Positions 10,431 to 23,529 are shown, numbered from the whole stretch's first letter. The stretch: DNA of 63,536 nucleotides, filler included, from Octopus bimaculoides (GCF_001194135.2; 7 parts of 6 records of this genome joined end to end with filler, not necessarily neighbours in it), one strand, 5' to 3'. Translations and numbers: made by a program. The notes: a model not told the origin generated them from the sequence alone.

Positions 10431-12990
10431 CTTCCAATAAATAAATACATAAATGAATAAATAAATGAAGTTGATCATTTGCTGGAAATAGCATGCGATT
10501 CTCTCTCATATCAATCATTCCTTAGCAGTCATAAACGCAGAAGTCTCTCGTTTGATGATACATTTCTAGATGAGCTGTACTTCGATGCTTGTTTGATTAT
10601 GGATGGTTTAGTGTAAAGATAACAGCAGCGAGAGAAATGTATGCATCGTTCCAGCGACTCTGACCTATGTCCTTGATCATCGCTGTTGCTTTGAAAAATA
10701 CAAATGTCGTATAGTGAAACTTTTGAACCAATGGGAATAGAATATGTCTATAGAACTCCAATGTATAAGACAGTGATAATGTCAAGTGTTAGTCAAATTT
10801 CACCCTGCTATCTGAAACTGGAAGAGCATTTTCGATACAAAATCTAAAATAAAGACAAGAAGGAAATGGAAATAAAAGATGAATAATAATGATGGCTTTG
10901 TTCATAAAACTAGTTTGGAGTTTAATTGGATTAAACAACCAAAAGATAAAATGCTAATAACAATTAGAATAACAATACCAATCACTCACAATGGGCCACA
11001 GTAGATATTTGAAATCGATAAGTACTTGGCGAGGTGAAGTACTCGGTTTATCACGCGTTTACGGTTAAGAGGTGATACACCAGTAATTCTCACTAGAAAA
11101 TTACTGGTAGAAACGAGATATTATGCTTCATTATATTTTTTTTCCTCTTAAGGTGAGTCATAATCGAAGATAACTCTTATTAAATATGTATGAGCATTTT
11201 AATAGGTTATTATAATATTTCCTTCAATTTTTCTAAGGCTTGAGGGTTTCCTTTAAGGAAGATTTAGCTGCAATATATTAGATGGTCGAGTAACCACTTA
11301 AGGGATCCCACTATCTATTGTTGCATATAAGTTATATTCAGGTGTTATCCTCAGCCATCATGCAAAGCTTCTGCAGAAAACGCAATTTTCCCTAGAACCA
11401 ACAAAATTGATGAACTTTCATTGGACTTGGTTCAAAGATGTGGGATGACTCTCTAGTAAAAATGAACAATTCGTTATTTATATATCTTGTCACCGAATCT
11501 GTTGTTCAGCCTTTACTTCGATCATATTTTAAAGATGTGACCGACCAGCATTTTCTCTGTATAAGGTACCAGGTGCTAAAACTGATAGTAAGTGAACCTT
11601 TAATATTTTTAATGTTTTGCCACAAGAGCTCCACTGGTTAGAAGTTTCTAAAATGCCACACGTTTGTTCACTGCTACAGGCCAATTACTGCTTTTTCTGA
11701 CTTATGGTCAGTGGTGTACCAGATATGATTATACTATATTTTCACATCCTTATGTTTATAGTATAACTAATATTACATTGTGTATTGCGGTCGTTTTTTA
11801 TAAAAGAGTAGCGTATGAATGGAGGGATATAGCGCAGTTATTTATAGTAGGTAGAACCACTGCATTAGATTTGCCGACATTCAGCATAATATATGATACA
11901 CACTGCGAAATATACAATCAGTAATCTACGGTGGGCAAGAACATTCAGTGTATGGCCTATCTTGTTATAAAGAAGATTAGATCTTACTTTACAGTGTGGG
12001 AAACGTGTTCCTGAAATCAACTTAGAGATAAGAAGATTGGGGAAGACTTCAATATGCAGAAAAAAAGTCATTGAATGAATTCCGTAACATTAGTACATTT
12101 ATTAAGTTCTAACGTCTTTTTCAAAAGCACAAAATAAATAATAACACCATTTGAAGGAAACAGTTTTGACACATTTTTCCAATCATTAAGCTAATTGAGC
12201 CTGAACATGGCCAGTTCGGTTTAATGAAATCGTAGGAAATTGCCTTTACGTCACATCCAATCCTATTAAAAAAAGAGAACGCTCAGAATAATATGTTCCT
12301 ACATTCACCGAAAAATAACAAAATAATATTGCTTAATGTATCTTCAGTTTTAACTCTACTTGTTCTGTTAGACCGGACTTGTGTCTAAATAATATGAACA
12401 ATAAAGGTGAGTTAGTCAAATGCCCACGAAAGACCTAAATAATCCTTTTGAAACCCAGAAATACTTTTGAGAGTAACAGGTTCCAGAACAGAAATAATCA
12501 GAAATAAATTTCCGCGTATCCATTCGTTTCATGAACATATTCATCTGCACATATTCGGACAGACATCAACAATTTACAACCTGTACTAATGGAGTATATA
12601 TTAGAGTTATTTGACAGCTATTTCTAGCCTATTGGGTGGATTTATCTGCACCCTTTAATTAATTTTACTTAATTTTGTATGATTATAAATTAGTATTTAT
12701 AATCATTAGGGTTTTTTTAATTCACGGCTCGCCTCTTGATAAAATCATTAAAGTGAGTTTCTCCTTAATTCTATGAAATATATATTTTTACTCCTGATCA
12801 AATTGCATTCGCTGCGAGATTATTTTGATAAAAAATGCACGTGGCTGAGATGAGAAAGATATTCGATTTTTCACTAGAGTATACATGTACATGTATGTAT
12901 ATGGTCGTGTGGATATGTTGTTCATGTGTGTATGTATAGATATTTGTATTTATATACTTTGGCATGTTCTACTAATGACAGCAGTATATA

Positions 12991-13028
<38 letters not shown>

Positions 13029-13096
13029 GTTATATATATATGTATGAATGTATGTATTTATGTAAGTATACGCATATATCTGTGTGTATGTATTTA

Positions 13097-13185
13097 TGTT
13101 TGTCTCCACCACTACGTCTTGACAACCGGTGTTGGCTTGTTTATGTCTACATAACAATGATTCGGTAAAAGAGGCCAACGGAATT
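13097..13185 (+). mobile_element. SINE family C internal fragment
   Basis: TTTGTCTCCACCACTACGTCTTGACAACCGGTGTTGG matches the C body. Confidence 0.65.
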
Positions 13186-13559
13186 TATATAAAACCTAAA
13201 AGAAAGCCAAATTAGTATTGTTGGGGCTGGCGATTACTTTGGCCAATTACTGAAGCAATTAAAAAGGAAACGACAAAGTACACACATATACACCTACTCC
13301 AACACAAACATACACACACATTTAAAAAATCTGATAGACACAAGATGCATTTTATTTTGTCTTTTCCCTATGCACGTTACGGTATCGTGTTTAAGCATAT
13401 TATCAAAATAGCTTGCCAACTCACATGGGCTCCCTACCAGTTACGGTGTCCTAAATGCGACGAATACTAATTCGAAAGTACGATCCAGCTATTATACTTT
13501 CCGATGTATGAACACCTGACAAAACACAAGTCTTCTTACCGCCAATATTCCAAAATGTA

Positions 13560-14176
13560 GTAACACCACTAATAGCATAAACACTAGTATATGGCCACTG
13601 AGAAATGTTAGAAATATTCAGATCAGATAATCTTTGATCCTCCTTCGACATCACCTGGAGCTCAATAATCGATCCATACCAGTTCATTGACTTCCATAAG
13701 TTCGTTGCTGTTGTTTCTACGACTAATATTACCACTACGACAACTATTAGTGCCTCTTCCACTAGCGTTGTCATCAATTACCACTATTATGTCTTCCACC
13801 ACTGCCGCTAGCTTTAATACGAGCAATTACTCGACTCACGACTGTTTCAACCAACGGCTAGTTACTTTCCACCGCCGTCCTTACCATGACCTCTGCGACG
13901 GCTGTCAGCTTCTTTGCAGAATGACTGCTGTTACTATGATTGCAGCTCGACCTGCCTTTCCCCCTACCCTTACATTTGCACGGCTACTGCTTCCTTACTG
14001 AGGTACATGGGCGGTATCTGAATAGGTCAGTTATAGAAAAAAATGCAGGCTCACAGGATTTTCTGAATGGTGCGCCAAATAAAATTTCTAATCTGTTTGC
14101 TTCTGATGATCGGTCTTTGTTCTCGAAATATATGAAGGTTATTAGATTTATCTACTTGCTGCATTTTAACAAGTGA
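13560..14176 (+). pseudogene. Possible ancient R4/Dong-like LINE relic
   Basis: Weak motif echoes: NSINTSIWPLR, SFDITW, and EVHGRYL...NLFASDDRSLFSKYMK versus xHGQY...IxAAQDQxLxTxY. Confidence 0.22.
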
Positions 14177-15209
14177 CCTGCTTTCCCTATAGTTTACATT
14201 GATCTCCGTTTACATACATACATGCATATATATATATATATATATATATANNNNNNNNNNNNNNNNNNNNNNNNNNNNNNNNNNNNNNNNNNNNNNNNNN
14301 NNNNNNNNNNNNNNNNNNNNNNNNNNNNNNNNNNNNNNNNNNNNNNNNNNNNNNNNNNNNNNNNNNNNNNNNNNNNNNNNNNNNNNNNNNNNNNNNNNNN
14401 NNNNNNNNNNNNNNNNNNNNNNNNNNNNNNNNNNNNNNNNNNNNNNNNNNNNNNNNNNNNNNNNNNNNNNNNNNNNNNNNNNNNNNNNNNNNNNNNNNNN
14501 NNNNNNNNNNNNNNNNNNNNNNNNNNNNNNNNNNNNNNNNNNNNNNNNNNNNNNNNNNNNNNNNNNNNNNNNNNNNNNNNNNNNNNNNNNNNNNNNNNNN
14601 NNNNNNNNNNNNNNNNNNNNNNNNNNNNNNNNNNNNNNNNNNNNNNNNNNNNNNNNNNNNNNNNNNNNNNNNNNNNNNNNNNNNNNNNNNNNNNNNNNNN
14701 NNNNNNNNNNNNNNNNNNNNNNNNNNNNNNNNNNNNNNNNNNNNNNNNNNNNNNNNNNNNNNNNNNNNNNNNNNNNNNNNNNNNNNNNNNNNNNNNNNNN
14801 NNNNNNNNNNNNNNNNNNNNNNNNNNATATATGTATACACATACGTAGATACGTACATACATAGTAGCATGAAAGTAGATGAAGATGAGAGCGAACAATC
14901 AGCTGTGTCTTGAATTTTTTTCTATGAGTTGAAGAGATTTGACTGTCAAATGCTGCCGACTTATTAACACTTATTCGTAGGAAACGACAGCAGATTCTGC
15001 TTGAAAAGACTACGAGTTATTGCAGGGTAATCTACTTAAACACTCTCATAATTAACTAACTTCTTTTATCCGCTGTAACACTGTGTTTATCTGCTTCCAA
15101 TTTATTTGCTGATTGAGTTGTATCTCAGTGTTTTGTTCAGCAAAACAATGTGCAAGTCAAAAATGATTCATGGCGTTTGTGTTGAAAATCCAATAGCTTC
15201 ATTATTAAT

Positions 15210-15312
15210 ATCGGTTTCTATTTCGTCTGCCCCTACGTTATGTGTCCAAATTCCGCCGAGTTCGACTTTGCCTTTCATTCTTCCGGGGTCTAAATTAAGT
15301 ACCATTGAATTG
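15210..15312 (+). mobile_element. SINE family B core fragment
   Basis: CAAATTCCGCCGAGTTCGACTTTGCCTTTCATTCTTCCGGGGTC. Confidence 0.75.
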
Positions 15313-15489
15313 TACTTGTAGTAGAAAGGATTATTAATATGGGATTATTATTACCTTCTGTATAAGAACTGTAAATATTGTCCTTGACTTAAGTTGAAGG
15401 AATTTCCAACAATATTATTTTGTCTAGGGAGGTTAGTTAATATTAAAAATATATTAACATCTAGACTTAATACTTAGTAGTAAGTTCGG

Positions 15490-15635
15490 GGATGGTATGT
15501 ATCGATTACATCGACCCCAGTGCTCAACTGGTATCATTTGTTTAACTCTAAAAGGTAACAAAGTAGGAATTGATGGGATTTGAATTCAGGAAGTAAGGAC
15601 GGACCAAATGACGCGGCATTCTGCCCAGCGTGCCG
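15490..15635 (-). mobile_element. SINE family B copy, diverged
   Basis: ATCGATTACATCGACCCCAGTGCTCAACTGGTA is the reverse complement of the B core end. Confidence 0.7.
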
Positions 15636-15694
15636 GAGTCAAATCTTTAATGAGGGGTAAATTCTGGAAACAGAAGACTGTCTATCGATAGTAT

Positions 15695-15895
15695 CTTTTT
15701 TATCTGTTAAATGTGCCAGTCACTGGGCTGTGGTCATACTGGGTTGAGATCCAGCAGATCGAAGCTACTACTTTTCTTTTAAATAAGGATCTGGTACTTC
15801 TTCTATAGGGCTCTTTTGCCTAACCGCTAAATCACAGAAATTTAAACAAACGAACACCGGTTGTCAAGCAAGGTAGGACACAAACACAAACACAA
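15695..15895 (-). mobile_element. SINE family C 3' half, diverged
   Basis: CTTCTATAGGGCTCTTTTGCCTAACCGCTAA...CACCGGTTGTCAAGC. Confidence 0.7.
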
Positions 15896-17080
15896 ACCCA
15901 AAGGCACACATGCTCATGCTGACATATGTGTATATGTGTGTGTTTGTGTTTACATAATTCAGGCAGGTAAAATAAAAGGACAACGCTCATATTTTTCAGT
16001 GCCTCACAAACATGTAGGAAGAATGGAGTACACGAGGCCCGAATTCAGGCAAACAAGAAAAAAATATTCAGGGAACTAGAGACCAGCGAATATTCCCTAT
16101 GACCAAACCTAAGCAAAAGTGTTAACGGTGACACCGATAGCTTTTTATATATAGTGTGCACTCAACGAATATTGTTTGCGAAATATTGGTCAGCCAAAAC
16201 TACGGTAAAGATCACAAATACCCAAGCTGTTGTGTATTGCGATTGAACCAGAAAGTGTGTAGTTGCGAAAAGAGAAAAAGAGCTCTTAATCACGCAACAG
16301 TTATGAAGACTATCGATTATTATCTTTTTCTTATTTTTACATTTACACCGTTCAGTCCACCTAGATGTTAACAGGCACCATCAGCGAGTATGGCATATCG
16401 CTGAAATCAGCGGCGTGATTTTCCAATTAAGGTGTGATAAGCTGGCAAATTGTAACAACAAAATTCACTTCCTTCATCAATAATACCCCTCAGTTCCTTT
16501 ATAGGGATGTTACTTTTTCTTCTTATTTCTTTTGTTTTTGTTTCTGCTTAATGCTATGAAAATCAGAGATAATAACATGTCATATGATTGTTATAATTCT
16601 GGAAAAGCTGTATCGAAATAAATGTAATTTTAGAAAAATGATAATCGTAATGTGCATAAAAAAATAATTTAAACGGAAGAGAAAGTAAATGAGAGAGTAA
16701 GAGATATACAGAGAGGGAGAGAGCTAGGGCAGAGAGACAGACACAGAGAAGGCGCATATGTAAGGATATATACATATATTATATTTGTATTTATGTATGT
16801 ATGTATGTATGTATATATGTATGTATGTATGCATGTATGTATGAATGTATGTATGTATGAATGTATGTATGTATGTATGCATGTATGTATGTGTGAGTAT
16901 ATGTGTGTGTATCTATATATATGTGTGTATATATAATATGTATATATCTAAGAAGTTGCGTATGTATGTATGTACGTATGCATGTGTGCATCCATGTATC
17001 TATCTATCGATCTACGTAGTACACACATACATACATCTATCTATATATATGGATATTTATATATATATATGGATATTTAT

Positions 17081-17180
17081 NNNNNNNNNNNNNNNNNNNN
17101 NNNNNNNNNNNNNNNNNNNNNNNNTTAATTAATTAANNNNNNNNNNNNNNNNNNNNNNNNNNNNNNNNNNNNNNNNNNNN
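17081..17180. other. Assembly spacer N44-TTAATTAATTAA-N44 (also near 20710, 31613, 36737, 53551 and 61314)
   Basis: The same 12-mer with stops in all six frames sits in the centre of about 100-bp N blocks six times. Confidence 0.95.
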
Positions 17181-17283
17181 CACATATATATGTATATATT
17201 CAAAAGTGCATGGCTTCCTATTCTCGTCAATGAAAATATTTCATTATCTGAAACGGAAAACTTCATAACTTTAGAAAGGAAAG

Positions 17284-17286
<3 letters not shown>

Positions 17287-17356
<70 letters not shown>
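17287..17356. repeat. (AAT)n microsatellite
   Basis: Direct reading. Confidence 0.95.
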
Positions 17357-17360
<4 letters not shown>

Positions 17361-17699
17361 GAAGGAAATAAAGAAGAAGACAAAGAAGGGGAAAAAGAAG
17401 AAAGCAGAATATGAGATGTAAAGGAAGAAAGCAGTAAAATGGAAGTATGGAATTGTTAACATGAAAGAAATTTGAAACGTCTTATTGCATCATTCATCCA
17501 GAAAGGAGGAGATACAAAATCCCGGGAGAAGGCGCCGCAGGTCTTAATTTTTCGTGAAACATTTTAATTAAAATTGCCAGAAGGACGGTTGCAGACCGCC
17601 TCTTCTTTTAATACCTTCATTAAAAAAAGCCATGATTTTATATTATTAGATATACGTTGATTGACACGCACGCCCAGACTCACGAACAAAATGTACAGC

Positions 17700-17805
17700 G
17701 ATGGTTGCGGGCTTAGAAAGTTCTCTCTGGAACTCTCTGGTTTCAGGTTCAATCCCAGTGAAGGCGCATGGCTTAGCGGTTAGGGTATTCAACTGTTTAT
17801 AAGGT
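17700..17805 (+). mobile_element. Two truncated SINE heads (C-type, then D-type)
   Basis: A degenerate C head ending CAGGTTCAATCCCA is followed by GTGAAGGCGCATGGCTTAGCGGTTAGGGTATTC. Confidence 0.55.
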
Positions 17806-17810
17806 TGTGT

Positions 17811-18116
17811 GGAGGTGCAATGGCCCAGTGGTTAGGGCAGCGAACTCGCGGTCATAGGATCGCGGTTTCGATTCCCAGACCGGGCGTTGTGAGTGTTTAT
17901 TGAGCGAAAACACCTAAAGCTCCACGAGGCTCCAGCAGGGGGTGGTGGCGAATCCTGCTGTACTCTATCACCACAACTTTCTCTCACTCTTACTTCCTGT
18001 TTCTGTTGTGCCTGTAATTCAAAGGGCCAGCCTTGTCAGTGTCACGCTGAATATCCCCGAGAACTACGTTAAGGGTACACGTGTCTGTGGAGTGCTCAGC
18101 CACTTGCACGTTAATT
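17811..18116 (+). mobile_element. SINE family A (head A + tail A), 3'-truncated; unit 1 of a stack
   Basis: Near-consensus copy that stops at CACTTGCACGTTAAT. Confidence 0.9.
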
Positions 18117-18117
18117 T

Positions 18118-18375
18118 GTGAAGGCTTCTAGCTTAGTGGTTTAAGCACTCAGCTTGCAAGCGTTAGGTCGTCAGTTCAATTGCCGACAGCGCGTTGAGCA
18201 CTTGAGCCAGAAATTTTATTTCACTTTGTTTTAGCCTTCTCAGCTGGCTCAAATGAGTTGTACCTGTAATTCAAAGGGGCCAGCCTCCTTGTCACATTCT
18301 GTGTCACGCTGAATCACCCCGATAACCGCGTTAAGGACACGCGTCTGTGGAATACTCAGCCTCTTGCACGTTAAT
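18118..18375 (+). mobile_element. SINE with head D + tail A, 3'-truncated; unit 2
   Basis: Starts GTGAAGGC..TAGCTTAGTGG, joins the CCTGTAATTCAAAGGG tail module, and stops at CTTGCACGTTAAT. Confidence 0.8.
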
Positions 18376-18377
18376 AT

Positions 18378-18703
18378 GTGAAGGCACGTGGCTTAGTGGT
18401 TAGAGAATTCAGATCACGATCGTAACGCCATTGGGTTCAATTCCCGGCGTCACGTTGTGTCCTTGAGCAAGACACTTAACCTCAAGTTGCTCCATTCCAC
18501 ACGACTGGCAAAATCTACTTATAACTGTAATTCAAAAGGACCAGTCTTGTCACAGTGAGTGCCATACTAAATCTCCCTGAGAACTACGTAAAGGGTACAC
18601 ATGTCTGTGTAGTACTCAGCCACTTGCACGTTAATTTCACAAGTAGGCTGTTCTGTTGATCGGTTTAACTGGAACCATCGTCGTCGTAACCGACGGAGTG
18701 CCA
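18378..18703 (+). mobile_element. SINE with head D + tail A, complete; unit 3
   Basis: GTGAAGGCACGTGGCTTAGTGG...GTAACCGACGGAGTGCCA. Confidence 0.85.
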
Positions 18704-18921
18704 TTTTCTTAGTGCTCGCCAGTTTAGTCTTCTGCTACAGCATACACAGACAAAATAGTATATTGCAGTCAGAACTGGTTTGGCTACAAAATCCTATGCA
18801 ATTCAATAGTTTCGTGTTTCAATCCTAATGCATAGAGCTTTGGTCACGTATCTTTTATTGCAACCCAGGGTCAACCGATGCATTCTGTGCGGAATTTGGA
18901 AGACAGCAAACTATGTTTCAT

Positions 18922-19113
18922 GTTTTATTTGTTTCTGTCATTAGACTGTAGCCATGCTGGAGCATCGCCAGGAAGGATTTTTTAGTCGAATGAAGCAACT
19001 CTATACTTAATCTTTTAAAGATTCGTACTTATTCTATCGGTTAAATATGTCGAATTGCTAGGTTACAGGGATGTAAGCCACTATCCGGTTGTCAAGCTGT
19101 GGTAAGGGACAAA
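18922..19113 (-). mobile_element. SINE family C 3' half
   Basis: GCCATGCTGGAGCATCGCC...CCGGTTGTCAAGC, running into a (CA)-rich tract. Confidence 0.78.
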
Positions 19114-19866
19114 CACACACAGAAAGGCGTGCACACACAGAAAGGCGTGCACACACACAAGCACACACACAAAGGCACGTGCATACTTACAAACACACAC
19201 ATGCACATACACTCAAACACACACGCGCACACACACAGAAACACAGAAACACACACACACACAGACACAGACAGACAGACAGACACACACACACAAGCAC
19301 ACACACAAGCACACACACAAAGGCACGTGCATACACACAAACACACANNNNNNNNNNNNNNNNNNNNNNNNNNNNNNNNNNNNNNNNNNNNNNNNNNNNN
19401 NNNNNNNNNNNNNNNNNNNNNNNNNNNNNNNNNNNNNNNNNNNNNNNNNNNNNNNNNNNNNNNNNNNNNNNNNNNNNNNNNNNNNNNNNNNNNNNNNNNN
19501 NNNNNNNNNNNNNNNNNNNNNNNNNNNNNNNNNNNNNNNNNNNNNNNNNNNNNNNNNNNNNNNNNNNNNNNNNNNNNNNNNNNNNNNNNNNNNNNNNNNN
19601 NNNNNNNNNNNNNNNNNNNNNNNNNNNNNNNNNNNNNNNNNNNNNNNNNNNNNNNNNNNNNNNNNNNNNNNNNNNNNNNNNNNNNNNNNNNNNNNNNNNN
19701 NNNNNNNNNNNNNNNNNNNNNNNNNNNNNNNNNNNNNNNNNNNNNNNNNNNNNNNNNNNNNNNNNNNNNNNNNNNNNNNNNNNNNNNNNNNNNNNNNNNN
19801 NNNNNNNNNNNNNNNNNNNNNNNNNNNNNNNNNNNNNNNNNNNNNNNNNNNNNNNNNNNNNNNNNN

Positions 19867-19926
<60 letters not shown>

Positions 19927-19974
19927 CGTGTGTTTGTGTGTGTGTGTGTGTGTTTGTGTGTGTTTGTGTGTGTG

Positions 19975-20172
19975 TGTATGTGTTTGTTCCCCACCAGCAC
20001 TTGGCAACCGATGTTGGTGCGTTTACATCCCCCTTAACTTAGTGGTTCAGTAAAAGAGACCGATAGAATAAGTACTAGGCTTACAAAGAATAAGTCCTGG
20101 GATCGATTCGTTCGACTAAAGGCGGTGTTCAAGAATGGTCGCAGTCAAAATAACTGAAACAAAAGAATAAAA
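19975..20172 (+). mobile_element. SINE family C 3' half
   Basis: GAGACCGATAGAATAAGTACTAGGCTTACAAAGAATAAGTCCTGG, near consensus. Confidence 0.88.
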
Positions 20173-20630
20173 GAATACATATATATATGTATTTATATAT
20201 ATACGTATGCTGATGTATACATATACTCATACATACACACACACATCTCTGTATGTATATGAATACAGACACACAGACAGAGATATTCTAGACAGGAAGT
20301 TCGAGAATCTTAAGCACTTCCGCTTCTCACGTCGTACAAGTGAGAGGATTTCTATATTTCACAATGAAACGCACACAAAGAAATTTCTATCGGCACACTC
20401 ATACACACCCACACGTCCACACTAACACGACCGCTCACATACGCATACACATTTTTATACATATTAGCACATTTGCGTATGTGCACAGTCACACACACAT
20501 ATATTATTCCACTTTTGCGTTTATATGATGTCATATGTGTATGTATGTGTGTGTGTATTATTGAGTTCTTAATTACCGTGGATATATATATTTTTTGAGG
20601 TTTATCTTATTCTATATAAATGCATTACGC

Positions 20631-20665
<35 letters not shown>

Positions 20666-20897
20666 NNNNNNNNNNNNNNNNNNNNNNNNNNNNNNNNNNN
20701 NNNNNNNNNTTAATTAATTAANNNNNNNNNNNNNNNNNNNNNNNNNNNNNNNNNNNNNNNNNNNNTATATATATACCTATATATGTACATATATATGTAT
20801 TTATATGTATAATAATGCGTGCATATCTATATATGTAGATAGATATGTACATACATCTATGTGTGTATGTGTGTGCATATGTCTGTCTGTGTATGTA

Positions 20898-20933
<36 letters not shown>

Positions 20934-21658
20934 TGTATGCATGTATATATGTAGTTATAAAACTCATTGACACACATAGGCGTGTTTATGAATTTCGCTT
21001 TCCAAATACGCGTTCAGGTTAGATCACATTGTACTGTATGCTTCTTATATAACTCGCTCACTACTCTCAAATCGACTGTGTACAGTAAAACCGGAGGTAA
21101 AGCAACTCTTATAATATAGGCATTCGAACACATAAATGTATTTTGCTGGTCAATGGTCTATATTTTCACACACAGCCGTCACTTGCTGCACAGGCAGTGT
21201 CCAGTGTTTATCAAAACGTTCATTCAGGCAGCAGAAATTAAATATACAGATATCGCACTTCTGTATTTAACAACTACTGAATGTGTTGAGATAAATCTGG
21301 TAATTTTGTTTCAAACTTACTATTTTCCATGTCTTTCCCTTTACATGATATTGCGCATGTGTTAAAGGCCTCGGCTGGTCGGCTAAACAGACACAAAAAC
21401 ATAAGAGATAACGGGGTTACAATGGTGTATGTTTCATAGCTTTATCAAAGCTGCTATGTTTAGCTTGTAGCAGTAATCAGCCTTTGAGCCGTCAAGAATC
21501 TCATCACAGGAGGTGCTATCTTTAAATGGAAGGATAGGCAGTCACATACTCAGACTTACTCCACATGAAAATAAATAATCGCATCACAAAGAATATTCTA
21601 CGATAAATTATTAATGAGAAAATCGCTGATGGCTGTAAGAGAATAGTGAGTAGTATAT

Positions 21659-22420
21659 ATTGGTAGTGATCCACAGCTTGTAAGAGGGTCAATATAATAA
21701 AAGCTGAAGGCTATAGTAACAAAGCAGTGTTTGATACAGGAACGTTAAATGGTGATAGAATTAAATATGGATTTGTAATTCAAAGTCGACATGGTTTGTG
21801 ATGTTCTAAGCTATAAAACAAGTCCTAGACATAAGTAGCTCACGGTAAAATGAAATGGATGCATTCCAGAACATAACTGGAAAGTGTTGGCCAAAATAAA
21901 GATAAAAAGAAAGAAACGGATTACGGATGAAGCATGATAAGTTACTGAGGTACAAAAAGGAACAAATACCTTAACTTGAAAGCTCAGGGGGAAGGGGAAT
22001 AAGATGGTTCTTACAGTTGAAATAACGAAATATTTGAGACTTAAAAGAGAGGTGAAAAGGTTTTCAGGAAGAGATAAAAAAGATTCTTGGAAGTGAAAGC
22101 TGATGAAGAATATAAATCCCTCTATGCAGAAGATAGCAGAAGAATCTGAAAAGCTTATGAAATAACAAATGAGATTACTTGCAAAATAAAGACATCAAAA
22201 AGACTGCCTCTGGTTAGTATTGATGAGGAACAAATAACATCTGATATAAACATTCAAGAAAGATGGAATGACCATTTTATTATTGTCATGAACAGAGCAT
22301 ATAAAAGGAGGAAACTTCTGATAATTCTTAACCAACATGTTGTGTAGATGTGACTGTACATGAATATCTATTGAGGAAAACCAATAGCCACTGAGCAATT
22401 CAAAATCGAAAAGCTCTTTA
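21659..22420 (+). pseudogene. RTE-clade LINE ORF relic (end of the AP endonuclease and linker before RT)
   Basis: Manual translation IGSDPQLVR (SDH motif), VFDTGTL, KYLRLKREVKRFSGRDKK, YEITNEITCK and IQERWNDHFIIVMNR, with stops and frameshifts. Confidence 0.72.
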
Positions 22421-23086
22421 ATTAGGTGCAAGGGAGCATCTAAACTTCGTTCAACACGTGACTGTATAAGCATTTTCGAAGCTGTTTCTTAATATAAAAT
22501 AAACTGTACAATTACTTAGAAATTAAATAATCCCTCTCATGTTTAGCACGACAATAGGCAGCCAGTAAAATCTATTCTACCTTAAATAACAGCCAATTAC
22601 AGATCTTATACTTTGGAGATTTCTTTGCACTGATCTGCAGCCAGAGATGCTACTTGAAATTGAGGACCTACCTAAAGTAGATATGGACATAGATTTCTGA
22701 CGTGCAACACATCTTGGTTGCAGCTGTATAGAAGACAATATATCGGCAAAGAGTTTAGAATGTCACAACGAAGAGACTCATAGTTTGGGCCAATTTGAGG
22801 ACAATTTAATTGTAATTTATTTGAAGTTTACGGGTCATGGCGATTGTATCAATGTAATAATAGCGCACGTGTGAATATGTCTGCGTTAGATTTCCAGTAA
22901 CAATTAGCCAACAGGAAAAATGCTTTATGAAAAACAGTAAGGTTTAAAAAGTGGGGTCATGGTAGAAACGTGCCATGTTTGATTTCCTCGAAAGTATATT
23001 TCAATGAATTTCGAAGGGCATGAACATATAAAAAATATAAGCAGACAAGAAGACAATAATGTACGTATGCACCTCTCTCTCTCTCT

Positions 23087-23130
<44 letters not shown>

Positions 23131-23186
23131 GCAAACGTAGGAGTGTGGTGAGAAGCATGTATGTATGCTATTTTTATGCGCGCTTT

Positions 23187-23477
23187 TAAAGCCTAACCAG
23201 GCTCATGGGCCCGGTTTCCCAGTTTCTATGGCGTATGTGTTCCCCCCAGCTGGACGGGATGCCAATCCATCGCAGCGTTACTCAAGAAACAGGAAGAAAG
23301 TCTGAGAGAAAGTTGGGGCGAGAGAGTACAACAGGGGTCGCCACCACCCCGTGCTAGGCCTCGTGGGGCTTTAGGAGTTTTCGCTCAATAAACACACACA
23401 ACGCCCGGCCTGGGAATCGAAACCGCAATCATCCGACCGCGAGCCCGCTGCCTTAACCACTAGGCCATTGCGCCTCC
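23187..23477 (-). mobile_element. SINE with head A but a V-domain-like alternative tail
   Basis: Head A and body to ...TTTCTTGAG, then GTAACGCTGCGATGGATTGGCATCCCGTCCAGCTGGGGGG...CCTGGTTAGGCTT. Confidence 0.82.
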
Positions 23478-23529
23478 ACATGTATGTATGTAGGTATGTA
23501 TATATTTATGTATGTATCTTTCTCTCTAT

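Noticed and set aside
13687-14001. 104-aa plus-strand ORF and overlapping minus-strand ORF
   Set aside because: They overlie degenerate ACT/CCA trinucleotide-rich sequence; low complexity explains the open frames.
17125-17136. TTAATTAATTAA repeated six times across the window
   Set aside because: Always centred in about 100-bp N blocks, with stops in six frames; it is an assembly spacer, not a biological motif.
17811-17885. tRNA-like sequence with A and B boxes
   Set aside because: It continues into a SINE body that is repeated several times; it is a SINE head, not a tRNA gene. The same applies to the other heads.
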